Positions 34,855 to 43,724 of a DNA stretch of 64,000 nucleotides are shown here, piece by piece (within the stretch, counting starts at the first letter, position 1; each line of letters starts with the position of its first letter). The notes below the pieces were generated by a model. It worked only from the letters and a program-made list of their open reading frames with translations, had not been told where the DNA came from and ran no database searches. The position numbers were made by a program, and so were the translations under genes. The stretch lies in the NCBI GenBank assembly GCA_037132255.1, contig JBAXPN010000001.1, forward strand, positions 276,113 to 340,112, written 5' to 3'. The stretch is from Candidatus Falkowbacteria bacterium (GTDB lineage: Bacteria > Patescibacteriota > Patescibacteriia > Patescibacteriales > UBA12465).

Positions 34855-36297
34855 TTATAAACGTGGAAAAAGCACTTCGCCTTTTTTAATTTGTTCGGCT
34901 ATAAATTGCGCTTGAATTTTTGCAGCGCTTCCCGGTAAAAAAGGTTCAACTAAATAAGCTAAATTTAAAAGTGTTTGTGCTAAGGGGAGAAGAGCCGCTT
35001 CGATTTCTTTTTTATCAGTCATTTTCCAAGGTGCTTTCTGACTCAGATTCTCGTCACAAGCTTTTATCTTTTCCCAGAGACCTTGAAGAGCTTCATTGAA
35101 ACGATACTGTTCCATGCTGCTTGTGAAATGATTAAGAGTTTCTTTGAGAGAACTATCGTTTAAATCAACTTTAAAATTTGTTTTAATCTCATTTTTCTCT
35201 AGTAAATTAGAAACGCGGGCTACTAAATTTCCCAAGCCATTAGCTAAGTCTGAATTATAACGCCCAATAAACTTTTCTTCGCTATAATCACCATCTTCAA
35301 ATGGAGCGATCTCTGCCAATAAGTAATAACGAAGCGCGTCGACACCATATTTATCAACCAACTCATAAGGATTAACAACATTGCCCAAGCTCTTGCTCAT
35401 TTTTTGACCATTGGCAGTTAGAAATCCAAAAACTAGAACTTGCTTCGAATTAGCTATTCCGGCCGACATCAACATTGCTTGCCACATCGCCGTTTGCGGA
35501 CGTAAATTATCTTTGCCGCAGACCTGAACACCTGGCCAATAATTTGCAAAGTCTTTAGATTCGTTTGGCCAGCCGAGAGTTGAAATATAATTTACCAAAG
35601 CATCAAACCAAACATACATAACTTGGCTATCGTCGCCAGGAACCGCAACACCATGAGGCATTTTTTCCTTTAGTCTCGAGATACTAAAATCTTGCAAGCC
35701 AGAAGAAACAAATGAAGATATTTCTTTTAAGCGACTGCTTGGCACAACAAAATCGGGATTATTTTTATAAAATTTCAATAATTTTTCCTGATAGTTAGAA
35801 AAACGAAAAAAATAATTTTCTTCATTTATAATTTCTAATTCCTGATTAGGGTGCAGAGGGCAATGACCATTAACAAGCTCCGAGTCAGTTTTTTCCATTT
35901 CGCATCCCACGCAATATTTAACTTGATAACTTTTTTTATAAATATCTCCATTTAAGTCACAACGTTTCCAAAACTCCTGAGCCGCTTTTTTATGGACCTC
36001 GTCAGTCGTACGGATAAATTTATTATATGAGAGATTTAATTTTTCCTTTAGTGGCAAGAACTTGGCCGAATATAAATCACAATATTCCTGAACATTAATC
36101 CCGAGTTCCTGGGCTTTTTGAAAAATTTTTAAACCATGCTCATCTGTCCCGGTATTAAAAAACACCTGCGCCCCACGCTGAGCCTGATAACGTGCGATAA
36201 CATCAGCTTTAATTATTTCCGCCGCAAAACCAATATGCGGATCCGAATTAATATAAGGCAAGGTTGTGGTAATATAAAAATATTTATTTTTCGACAT
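34855..36297 (-). CDS. metG: methionyl-tRNA synthetase (short form, no C-terminal tRNA-binding domain)
   Basis: 480 aa. TTTLPYINSDPHIGFA (HIGH-like), Zn knuckle CVGC...CPLH, KMSKSLGN. Confidence 0.95.
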   Translation of the reverse strand: MSKNKYFYITTTLPYINSDPHIGFAAEIIKADVIARYQAQRGAQVFFNTGTDEHGLKIFQKAQELGINVQEYCDLYSAKFLPLKEKLNLSYNKFIRTTDEVHKKAAQEFWKRCDLNGDIYKKSYQVKYCVGCEMEKTDSELVNGHCPLHPNQELEIINEENYFFRFSNYQEKLLKFYKNNPDFVVPSSRLKEISSFVSSGLQDFSISRLKEKMPHGVAVPGDDSQVMYVWFDALVNYISTLGWPNESKDFANYWPGVQVCGKDNLRPQTAMWQAMLMSAGIANSKQVLVFGFLTANGQKMSKSLGNVVNPYELVDKYGVDALRYYLLAEIAPFEDGDYSEEKFIGRYNSDLANGLGNLVARVSNLLEKNEIKTNFKVDLNDSSLKETLNHFTSSMEQYRFNEALQGLWEKIKACDENLSQKAPWKMTDKKEIEAALLPLAQTLLNLAYLVEPFLPGSAAKIQAQFIAEQIKKGEVLFPRL

Positions 36298-36299
36298 AG

Positions 36300-36986
36300 T
36301 TATAATTTTTTAATTAAAACAACAAATTCCCCTTTTAAATTATTTGGATCATTTTTAATTTCTTCAAGAACGCTAAACGGACTTCCCGAGTAAAAAGATT
36401 CATGCATTTTTGTTAGTTCGCGCGCCACCATTATTTTTAATTCCTTTTCCGCGCGAATAATCTCAAGTTCTTCAAGCAACTTTATTATTCTATGCTTTGA
36501 TTCATAAACTACTACCGGATAATTACTGGCCATTATTTCGCGAAGCATCGTCTGTCTTCCCTTCTTGTGTGGAAGAAAGCCGAGAAAAAGAAAACGATCA
36601 AAGCCAGCGCCTGAAATTGAAATTGCTGCGCCAAGTGCTGAAACCCCGGGCACGCTTTCAATTAAAATTTCATCGCCAAACTCTTCGCGCAATATTGAAA
36701 CGAGCTTTCCTCCCGGATCGGAAATGCCGGGTGTGCCGGCGTCAGTCACGAGCGCTAAGTTTTTTCCTTCACGAAGCAATGAAATAATTTTATCAACTTT
36801 TAAATCTCCCGAATGCTGATGATATGAGATAGTCGGTGTTTTAATTTCGTAATGATCCAATAATTTTCTACTAACTCGCGTATCTTCGCATAAAACAAAA
36901 TCAGACTCTTTTAATGTTCGAAGAGCCCGTAAAGTCAAATCTTCCAAATTACCGATAGGCGTAGCGACTATTCTTATGATACTCAT
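36300..36986 (-). CDS. rsmI: 16S rRNA (cytidine1402-2'-O)-methyltransferase RsmI
   Basis: 228 aa. VATPIGNLEDLTLRALRTLKESDFVLCEDTR, tetrapyrrole-methylase fold family. Confidence 0.9.
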   Translation of the reverse strand: MSIIRIVATPIGNLEDLTLRALRTLKESDFVLCEDTRVSRKLLDHYEIKTPTISYHQHSGDLKVDKIISLLREGKNLALVTDAGTPGISDPGGKLVSILREEFGDEILIESVPGVSALGAAISISGAGFDRFLFLGFLPHKKGRQTMLREIMASNYPVVVYESKHRIIKLLEELEIIRAEKELKIMVARELTKMHESFYSGSPFSVLEEIKNDPNNLKGEFVVLIKKL

Positions 36987-36989
36987 AAA

Positions 36990-38717
36990 TTATTCCATAT
37001 TTTCCCGACGTTCCCGAACGTATTTCGTCCAATCCTCGGCAATTTCTACTAAAATCTTAAAAGGCGCTTCAAGTATAAAATCAAAAATGAAAATAAAAAT
37101 ATTAACCTTTGAAATATTACTCGACATCCATTTGCCGACTAAAATTATCGGCATATAGAACAGATCAATAATTAGGGTTAAAAGATTTTCACGGCGGTCA
37201 ACAATCATTAATTCTTTTATACCTTTGGTGACGATAATACTAAAAAAACTAACAAAGGCCAAAAAGAATAAGAAAATTGTAATACTAACCCAATTAAAAT
37301 TAATAAATTCCAAACCCCTGATAATTAAGTACACCGTGACAAAAAAGGAAGCGGCATAAATAAGATTAAAAATCCCATCGGTAAACATATTGCGACGCGT
37401 CGGTTTACGTAAGGTTATCGGCTGCTTCTTTTCTTGACCGACAAAAGCAATCTCCTTTATCCCGTTTATAATTTTATCGGTGTTATTATCTTTCGGCGTT
37501 CTTGAGAGAAGGACGATAAAAAATAATAAAACGGCCGGGAAAGAAATATTAATGGCCAGGGCGTAGACGTTTAATGGCTCATTAAACCATTTAATCGCCG
37601 GGAGCTCGATGGCAATAGCAAAAACTGATTTTGTTAAAAAAATGTATATAATACTGCGAACGGCCGCCGTCCAAAGACGCGCTTTAGCTTTTTTATATTT
37701 TAAATTGCAAACTTTCTTCAAAAGAGCGGAGAAATTTTTCTCGCCTTTCTGTAATTCTCCGTAAACCTTCGTTGGGTCACTTTCGATTGTTTCTGCTAAA
37801 ATCGAAAAATATAAGGAATATACATGAACTAATTTGTCTAATTGTTTGGTAAGTGGATGATTAAGCTGCTCTTTAACTAGCTTATTCATCTCGCTCATTT
37901 TTATAGCAATCGCCTTAATTTTCCGGTCATCATCAGCGCTAAGAACATCCTTTTCTCTCAAATCAAGCCACTCGCTATTATAGTATTTGAAGAGGATGAA
38001 ACTTAACATGTCTTCGTCTAACTTGAGATAAGTTCGGCCGATACTTAAATATGTTTGAATTTCTAGGTCTGATGCGTAAGGCAAGTCGTCCGGCAGTTTA
38101 ATATTACTAGACAAAACGTCAAACAGATTATTGACGATCATCTGCTTTACTCTATTTGGAGCAAGATTATCTTCAATCTCACAAGCAGCTAGAGTTAAAA
38201 GCCAGCTAACAAGATGATTTTTTTGATTAATCAGATCTTTTGCTTTGCCGATATCGGTCTTCAAGCTTAGTGAAGTATTAATCTTTAGAACCATTTGGTC
38301 CTTTAGGCGAATATATTTTTCGAGCAAGACACCAATCTCCTTAATCTTAGTCTCCGGAATTTTATTATTGGGCAAATAACTCCCTCTTATTAACTCAACC
38401 AATAAATGATTGGCTATCCCCATGCTATCGGCCTCCTTAACCACGCCCTCAATCATCACCTGGCGACGCAAAATACGGGCAATCGCATTTTTACGAAGCA
38501 GATGTTCTTCTTCGTAGTCTACAGCGTTGCGAACTTTTTCATAAAAAAAGGCCACCCGCGAAATAAGGGTAGAAACTTTTATTTTTGGAATATTATCATC
38601 CTGTTCCTCCTTGGCTGTCTGTTCGCTATAAATAACTTGAAACAGCTTCTTGGTGTTTTCGTTAATTTCAATCGGATGAGAATCTTCGGCTCTTTTGATT
38701 AAATTTGGGCTAACCAT
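36990..38717 (-). CDS. large polytopic membrane protein, function unknown
   Basis: I prefer ATG 38717 (MVSPNLIKRAED...) because the track's TTG at 38795 overlaps the secE promoter. Soluble helical N-terminal half, then about 6 TM helices in the C-terminal half. Confidence 0.6.
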   Translation of the reverse strand: MVSPNLIKRAEDSHPIEINENTKKLFQVIYSEQTAKEEQDDNIPKIKVSTLISRVAFFYEKVRNAVDYEEEHLLRKNAIARILRRQVMIEGVVKEADSMGIANHLLVELIRGSYLPNNKIPETKIKEIGVLLEKYIRLKDQMVLKINTSLSLKTDIGKAKDLINQKNHLVSWLLTLAACEIEDNLAPNRVKQMIVNNLFDVLSSNIKLPDDLPYASDLEIQTYLSIGRTYLKLDEDMLSFILFKYYNSEWLDLREKDVLSADDDRKIKAIAIKMSEMNKLVKEQLNHPLTKQLDKLVHVYSLYFSILAETIESDPTKVYGELQKGEKNFSALLKKVCNLKYKKAKARLWTAAVRSIIYIFLTKSVFAIAIELPAIKWFNEPLNVYALAINISFPAVLLFFIVLLSRTPKDNNTDKIINGIKEIAFVGQEKKQPITLRKPTRRNMFTDGIFNLIYAASFFVTVYLIIRGLEFINFNWVSITIFLFFLAFVSFFSIIVTKGIKELMIVDRRENLLTLIIDLFYMPIILVGKWMSSNISKVNIFIFIFDFILEAPFKILVEIAEDWTKYVRERRENME

Positions 38718-38788
38718 ATAAAAAAATAAGAAAAATATTTTCAATATTATTGTAACGTGTTTAGGCGCAAAAGGCAAACCTAAGGCTC

Positions 38789-38817
38789 TTGACAACAGAC
38801 GCTCAATTTTGTATGAT
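38789..38817 (+). promoter_or_regulatory. promoter of the secE-nusG-rplK-rplA cluster
   Basis: TTGACA (38789-38794), 17 nt, TATGAT (38812-38817). Confidence 0.6.
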
Positions 38818-38833
38818 TACAACAGTTAAATAA

Positions 38834-38855
38834 GGTGACCGACGAGGTCATTTTT
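38834..38855 (+). promoter_or_regulatory. promoter-proximal hairpin plus U5 tract in the secE leader
   Basis: Stem TGACC (38836-38840) / GGTCA (38846-38850), extendable by two G-U pairs, then TTTTT (38851-38855). About 10 nt after the predicted TSS and 20 nt before the ATG. Confidence 0.35.
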
Positions 38856-38875
38856 AAATACCAAATTTAGCCAAT

Positions 38876-39061
38876 ATGAACAAATTAAGCAACTACATTA
38901 AAGAATCGATTGCCGAGATGAAAAAAGTCACCTGGCCGACTAAAAAAGAGACTCGAAACTATACAATCCTAGTTATTGCTATTAGTATCGGAGTCGCTTT
39001 ATTTTTAGGTCTACTGGACTATTTATTCACTACGGGTTTTCAACTTATTATTAATCGATAA
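38876..39061 (+). CDS. secE: preprotein translocase subunit SecE
   Basis: 61 aa. EMKKVTWPTKKET followed by a single TM. Conserved position upstream of nusG. Confidence 0.9.
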   Translation: MNKLSNYIKESIAEMKKVTWPTKKETRNYTILVIAISIGVALFLGLLDYLFTTGFQLIINR

Positions 39062-39096
39062 TAAACATTAATCGTTCTTAAATTTATTTAAAATTT

Positions 39097-39642
39097 ATGG
39101 CCAAGCAATTATTAAATCAAGGCCGACGTTGGTACGTCATCCACACCTACTCCGGATATGAAGAAAATGTCGCTCAGAATCTAAAACAAAGAGTTGAATC
39201 TTTGGACATGGAGGACAAGATTTTCAATATTTTGATCCCAACCGAGAAAAAAATTAAAATTAAAAATGGTAAACGTAAGGTCGTCGAAGAAAAAATCTTC
39301 CCTGGATATATTCTTGTTGAGATGATGGTAACCGACGAATCTTGGTATATTGTCCGAAATACCCCAAATGTTACCGGTTTCATTGGCACCGGCACAATTC
39401 CTACTCCGATTGGCGAAGCTGAAGTTAAAGCGCTTCAAAAGAGAATGGGGGTTGAGGATCCTAAATTTCAAATTGACGTTATTATTGGCAGCCCAGTGCG
39501 CATTAACGAGGGGCCATTTAAGAATATGGAAGGTAAAGTTACTGCCGTCGACGAAGCCAAGGGTAAAGTCAAAGTTTCCGTTTCCCTCTTCGGTCGCGAA
39601 ACCCCAGTCGAACTCGACTTCTTACAGATTAAAAAAGTTTAA
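39097..39642 (+). CDS. nusG: transcription termination/antitermination factor NusG
   Basis: 181 aa. WYVIHTYSGYEENV (NGN domain) and C-terminal KOW (GPFKNMEGKVTAVDEAKGKVKVSVSLFGRETPVEL). Confidence 0.95.
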   Translation: MAKQLLNQGRRWYVIHTYSGYEENVAQNLKQRVESLDMEDKIFNILIPTEKKIKIKNGKRKVVEEKIFPGYILVEMMVTDESWYIVRNTPNVTGFIGTGTIPTPIGEAEVKALQKRMGVEDPKFQIDVIIGSPVRINEGPFKNMEGKVTAVDEAKGKVKVSVSLFGRETPVELDFLQIKKV

Positions 39643-39689
39643 TGAAATAACAGGGCGATGCTTCTACGTCCTAAACTAAAAATTATTAT

Positions 39690-40112
39690 ATGGCAAAGAA
39701 AATAAAGACAAAAATTAAATTACAGATTGCGGGTGGTCAAGCTAATCCAGCCCCTCCAGTCGGTCCAGCCTTAGGTCAACACGGTTTGAATATCGCTGAA
39801 TTCTGTAAGAGTTTTAACGATAAGACAAAGGATAAAATGGGAGACATTATCCCAGTTGAAATTACCGTCTATGAAGATAGAACATACGATTTCATCCTTA
39901 AGACTTCCCCGGCTTCAGAGTTAATCAAAAAGGCAGCGGGAATTAAAAAAGGATCAGGCAAGCCGTTAACGGTTAAGGTTGGCTCAATCACTAAAGCGCA
40001 ATTAGAAGAAATTGCAAAAACAAAGATGCCAGACTTAAACGCTAACGACATAGAAGCAGCTAAAAACATTATCGCCGGTACTGCTCGCCAAATGGGTGTT
40101 GATATTAAATAA
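39690..40112 (+). CDS. rplK: 50S ribosomal protein L11
   Basis: 140 aa. [27 protein letters not shown]. Confidence 0.97.
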   Translation: MAKKIKTKIKLQIAGGQANPAPPVGPALGQHGLNIAEFCKSFNDKTKDKMGDIIPVEITVYEDRTYDFILKTSPASELIKKAAGIKKGSGKPLTVKVGSITKAQLEEIAKTKMPDLNANDIEAAKNIIAGTARQMGVDIK

Positions 40113-40121
40113 TATATAATT

Positions 40122-40151
40122 GTGGGAGTTCGGTTTTGAACGCTTGACCAC
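40122..40151 (+). promoter_or_regulatory. possible L1-binding autoregulatory element (mimic of the 23S rRNA L1 stalk) in the rplK-rplA spacer
   Basis: GUGGGAGUUCGGUUUUGAACGCUUGACCAC. Outer helix GUGG/CCAC, inner helix GUUC/GAAC, asymmetric loop. The 5' GUGGGAG and 3' GAC..CCAC recall E. coli 23S ...GGUGGGAG...GCCGACC...ACCACC (from memory). Confidence 0.3.
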
Positions 40152-40160
40152 GAAAAGACT

Positions 40161-40901
40161 ATGGCTAAAAAAGAAAAAGCCGTGAAGCCGGCTAAAAAAA
40201 CTTCAGCAAAAGAAGAAAAAAAAGTTGCTAAAGTAAAAAAGGTAGATAACTCAGCTGTTTACGATCGTTTAAAAACTTATTCTATTGAAGAAGCTTTAGA
40301 AATTGTAAAAAAATTAACTAAAACTAAATTCGACGCTTCAATTGAAGTTCATTTCCGCCTTGGAATTAATACTAAAAAAGGTGACCAGCAGGTTCGCGGC
40401 GCCGTTAGTCTACCAAACGGAACTGGCAAAACTGTTAAAATTGCCGCTTTTGTCTCTCCAGAAAATGAAAAGGCCGCAAAGGCAGCCGGAGCTGATTTTG
40501 TCGGAAGCGATGAATTAATTGCCGAAATCAAAAAGACTGAAAAAACAGATTTCCAAGTTGCTATCGCTGAACCAGCGATGATGAAAAACCTAGCTGTTAT
40601 CGCTAAAATTTTAGGAACTCGTGGCTTGATGCCATCTCCAAAAAATGACACCGTTACAACTAACCCAGCAAAAGCGATCGAGGAATTAAAGAAAGGTAAA
40701 ATCAGTTTCAAGAATGACGATACCGCTAATGTTCACACTGTTATTGGCAAAGTTAGTTTCGATACCAAGAAATTAGTTGAGAATTACCAAACATTGCTCG
40801 ATACTATTAAGAAGGCTAAACCAGCCGCCTCTAAAGGAACATTTATAAAAAATATCAGTATCGCCTCATCAATGAGTGCTGGTGTTAAAGTTTCACTCTA
40901 A
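40161..40901 (+). CDS. rplA: 50S ribosomal protein L1 with Lys-rich N-terminal extension
   Basis: 246 aa. L1 core (FDASIEVHFRLGINTKKGDQQVRGAVSLPNGTGK) preceded by MAKKEKAVKPAKKTSAKEEKKVAKVKKV. Confidence 0.95.
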   Translation: MAKKEKAVKPAKKTSAKEEKKVAKVKKVDNSAVYDRLKTYSIEEALEIVKKLTKTKFDASIEVHFRLGINTKKGDQQVRGAVSLPNGTGKTVKIAAFVSPENEKAAKAAGADFVGSDELIAEIKKTEKTDFQVAIAEPAMMKNLAVIAKILGTRGLMPSPKNDTVTTNPAKAIEELKKGKISFKNDDTANVHTVIGKVSFDTKKLVENYQTLLDTIKKAKPAASKGTFIKNISIASSMSAGVKVSL

Positions 40902-40922
40902 GCTTCAAGCTCTAAATATATC

Positions 40923-40956
40923 AAAAAACAGGCTCTTATTGGCCTGTTTTTTGTTT
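40923..40956 (+). terminator. rho-independent terminator after rplA (no rplJ/rplL follows)
   Basis: Stem ACAGGC (40928-40933) / GCCTGT (40942-40947), then T6. Confidence 0.8.
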
Positions 40957-40973
40957 TTCGCTTATATCAACTC

Positions 40974-41002
40974 TTGACTTATCAATGGGAATAGGATATA
41001 CT
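40974..41002 (+). promoter_or_regulatory. promoter of the RRM protein gene
   Basis: TTGACT (40974-40979), 17 nt, TATACT (40997-41002). Confidence 0.55.
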
Positions 41003-41032
41003 GAAATCTAGGTAAGCTATTTTAAAAGTAAA

Positions 41033-41060
41033 AGCGGACCAATTAATCCGCTTTTTCTTT
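41033..41060 (+). promoter_or_regulatory. terminator-like hairpin inside the 5' leader of the RRM protein gene (candidate attenuator or short leader RNA)
   Basis: Stem AGCGGA (41033-41038) / TCCGCT (41047-41052), 8-nt loop, TTTTTCTTT. About 25 nt after the predicted TSS and 49 nt before ATG 41109. Confidence 0.45.
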
Positions 41061-41108
41061 AAAAAAAGGTCGTCTTACGTTTAATAAAATATGTAAAAAG
41101 TAAACAAA

Positions 41109-41366
41109 ATGAAAAAGTTATTTATCGGCGGCTTGTCATTCAAGACGACCGAACAAGGTTTAGCGGACGCTTTCGCTAAAGCTGGCACCGTTTTATCCGC
41201 CGTTATCATTTCCGATCGCATGACTCATCGCTCAAAAGGCTTTGGATTCGTCGAAATGGAAAATGACGCAGACGCTGACAATGCGATTGCGATGTACAAC
41301 AATCAGGAATTAGACGGACGTAAAGTCGTTGTTAACGAAGCTCGTCCTCTAGAGAAGAGATTCTAA
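41109..41366 (+). CDS. RRM-type RNA-binding protein
   Basis: 85 aa. RNP2 KLFIGGL and RNP1 KGFGFVEM. Confidence 0.9.
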   Translation: MKKLFIGGLSFKTTEQGLADAFAKAGTVLSAVIISDRMTHRSKGFGFVEMENDADADNAIAMYNNQELDGRKVVVNEARPLEKRF

Positions 41367-41396
41367 TCGATTCTAAGTAGATTGAAGATACAAACA

Positions 41397-41425
41397 AAAG
41401 ACACTCCTTATGGGAGTGTCTTTTG
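41397..41425. terminator. bidirectional terminator between the RRM gene and nifU
   Basis: Stem GACACTCC / GGAGTGTC, 5-nt loop, TTTT after and an A-rich tract before. Confidence 0.75.
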
Positions 41426-41430
41426 TATGC

Positions 41431-41898
41431 TTATTTTTTCGTCGTTTTTTTCTTTTTTGCTTTAACTGTTACTTTCTTTACAATTACTTTCATCACTACC
41501 TTTGTAGGCTTCGCCTTTTCAGTTTCCTGACGCTTTTCATAGTCAGCAATCGCCTTCTTTAAACCTTGAACAGCCATTACGGAACAATGAACCTTCTGAT
41601 GAGGCAGACCACCTAAATCAGAAACAATTTTTTCCCATTTATATTTTTTGGCTGCTTCAATTGTCATGCCCTTAACTTTTTCCGTCATAAGAGAGGCTGT
41701 TGCAATGTTTGAGGCGCAACCAAAAGAAAGAAATTTTACATCTTTAATTTTTCCCTTCTCTACTTTTAAAAAGAAATCTAATTGATCGCCGCAAACCATA
41801 TTACCGATTTGAGCATAACCATCAGGTTTCTTTATTTCTCCAATATTGTGTGGATGCAAAAAGTGATCCACCGTCTTTTTTGTATAATTTAAAGCCAT
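41431..41898 (-). CDS. nifU: Fe-S cluster scaffold, NifU N-terminal/IscU-like, with Lys-rich C-terminal tail
   Basis: 155 aa. The three scaffold cysteines sit in MVCGDQLDF, FGCASNIATAS and HCSVMAV. Tail: KAKPTKVVMKVIVKKVTVKAKKKKTTKK. Confidence 0.85.
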   Translation of the reverse strand: MALNYTKKTVDHFLHPHNIGEIKKPDGYAQIGNMVCGDQLDFFLKVEKGKIKDVKFLSFGCASNIATASLMTEKVKGMTIEAAKKYKWEKIVSDLGGLPHQKVHCSVMAVQGLKKAIADYEKRQETEKAKPTKVVMKVIVKKVTVKAKKKKTTKK

Positions 41899-41936
41899 AT
41901 TTTTGAATTATTATTTTTTATATTTATTTATACTTA

Positions 41937-43088
41937 TTATTTTATCGGGCTAAAACTTCTCAACCTTTTAACTGTATCCTTAAGACATTTAATCGTATAG
42001 TCTAATTCCTTTTTTGTATTATAACGACCGAAAGAAAAACGAATATTGCTATTCAGATAATTTTTATTTAAACCGATCGCTTTTAGGACTGACGAAGCGC
42101 GTAAATCAGTTGCCGAGCAAGCGGAACCGGTTGACACGCAAACACCTTTATACGACAGATCCATGAGGATTGCCTCACCTTCGATTGAACCGAACATGAT
42201 ATTTAAATTAGCCGGTACGCGCTTGGTGGCTGAGCCATTCAATTTTACACCGCTAATTTCTTTCTTAATTTTTTGCCAAAAATAATCTTTCAGGCTTTTC
42301 ACATGTTTCAAGTAAGTCGCTCTTTCTTTGTAGGCAAGCTCAAGAGCAAATACTAAGCCCATTATCCCCGGTAAATTATATGTCCCTGCTCGCATCCCAT
42401 TTTCTTGACCGCCGCCGACAATTAAAGGTTTAACTTTAATTCCCTTTCCGATATACGCAAGACCGACCCCTTTTGGGCCATAAAATTTATGTGCCGAAAG
42501 GCTCAAGAGATCGATTCCCATTTTCTTAATATCAATTTTAAGATATGGAATTGCCTGAACCGCGTCAGTATGAAAATAGGCACCATGCTTATGAGCAATT
42601 TTAGCGAGTGCGGCGATGTCTTGGATCGTGCCAATCTCATTATTAACTGTCATTATTGAAACAAGAATAGTTTCTTTATCGATAAGTTTTTCCAGCTCTT
42701 CGGGTGTCACTAAACCCTCTGAGTTAACCGGTACAAATTCAACGACAAAGCCCGCTCGCGCTAGTTCATTCGCTGATTCGCGCACGCACGGATGTTCTAT
42801 ATTTGAAACCAATATCTTATTACCTTTAGCCTGGTTTGCGAGCGCCACCCCCTTAATAATCAGATTATTTGACTCTGTCGCGCTGGAAGTAAATATCACG
42901 CTTTCAGCTTCCCCATTCAAGAGCTTAGCGACGCTCTCCTTGGCCTTCTGGAGCTCTAAAAAGGCCTCCTGACCCAATGAATGAATCGAAGAAGCGTTTC
43001 CATATTTGTCGCTTAAATATGGCTTCATTTTAGCAAGAACACGAGGGTCAAGACGAGTTGTCGCTGCATTATCTAAATATACTTTCAT
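41937..43088 (-). CDS. nifS: cysteine desulfurase (NifS/IscS class)
   Basis: 383 aa. PLP Lys in SAHKFYGPKGVG and active-site loop SGSACS. Confidence 0.9.
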   Translation of the reverse strand: MKVYLDNAATTRLDPRVLAKMKPYLSDKYGNASSIHSLGQEAFLELQKAKESVAKLLNGEAESVIFTSSATESNNLIIKGVALANQAKGNKILVSNIEHPCVRESANELARAGFVVEFVPVNSEGLVTPEELEKLIDKETILVSIMTVNNEIGTIQDIAALAKIAHKHGAYFHTDAVQAIPYLKIDIKKMGIDLLSLSAHKFYGPKGVGLAYIGKGIKVKPLIVGGGQENGMRAGTYNLPGIMGLVFALELAYKERATYLKHVKSLKDYFWQKIKKEISGVKLNGSATKRVPANLNIMFGSIEGEAILMDLSYKGVCVSTGSACSATDLRASSVLKAIGLNKNYLNSNIRFSFGRYNTKKELDYTIKCLKDTVKRLRSFSPIK

Positions 43089-43212
43089 ATTTCAATTAAA
43101 AAATTTATAAGATTTAAACCATAACAAGTTATTCTAATTATGTCCATTATAGCCTAGTTTAAGTAATATTTAAACTATTGACATTATAAGTAAAAAATAT
43201 CATTAATTATTA

Positions 43213-43244
43213 CAAAAAAGACTCGCTGCAAACGAGTCTTTTTA
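43213..43244 (-). terminator. terminator downstream of the cyclophilin gene (bidirectional shape)
   Basis: Stem AGACTCG (43219-43225) / CGAGTCT (43233-43239), flanked by A6 and T5 runs. Confidence 0.75.
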
Positions 43245-43264
43245 TTATATATTTGTCCGATGAT

Positions 43265-43675
43265 TTATTTCAATAACTCAATACTATTAACTACAACTGG
43301 TTCGATTGGGCGATCATTAACTCCGGTCTCAACTGCTTCAATCTTTTTAACTACATCCAATCCGGCAGTTACCTGTCCAAAATTTGTGTGCTTGCCGTCT
43401 AGCCGTGGAGTTTCTGGAATCGTAACGATAAAGAATTGAGAACCATTTGTACCTGCCCCAGCATTAGCCATTGCTAAACTACCAAGCACTAATTTATGAG
43501 AATTAAATTCATCCTTAAATTGGTAGCCTGGGCCACCCGTTCCCCAAACAGCTGTATTCGATTCTTTACTTAATGGGTCTCCTCCTTGAATCATAAAATC
43601 TTTAATAATACGGTGAAATTTAGTTCCGTTATAAAATCCGGACTGAGCTAAATTTAAAAAATTATTAACAGTCAT
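43265..43675 (-). CDS. cyclophilin-type peptidyl-prolyl cis-trans isomerase (catalytic domain, N-terminally cut by a frameshift)
   Basis: 136 aa. FHRIIKDFMIQGGDP and SLAMANAGAGTNGSQFFI. The missing first beta-strands (AIIKTSLGDITVKFYAAESP) are encoded in frame just upstream (43676-43753) with no start codon. Confidence 0.85.
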   Translation of the reverse strand: MTVNNFLNLAQSGFYNGTKFHRIIKDFMIQGGDPLSKESNTAVWGTGGPGYQFKDEFNSHKLVLGSLAMANAGAGTNGSQFFIVTIPETPRLDGKHTNFGQVTAGLDVVKKIEAVETGVNDRPIEPVVVNSIELLK

Positions 43676-43724
43676 TGGGGACTCAGCGGCGTAAAATTTT
43701 ACAGTAATATCACCAAGGCTGGTT

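Noticed and set aside
38718-38795. TTG-initiated extension of the 601-aa membrane protein ORF.
   Set aside because: It runs through the secE promoter (-35 at 38789-38794). The ATG at 38717 gives a plausible N-terminus.
40349-40711. Long antisense ORFs: 40349..40711 opposite rplA, 42616..42972 opposite nifS, 32809..33159 opposite the S41 protease, 46848..47192 opposite hydA, 28404..28742 opposite the ATPase, 24268..24570 opposite serS, and others in the track.
   Set aside because: Each lies fully inside a well-supported gene on the other strand. The translations are low-complexity (S/L/F/I-rich) with no motifs. They are treated as shadow ORFs.
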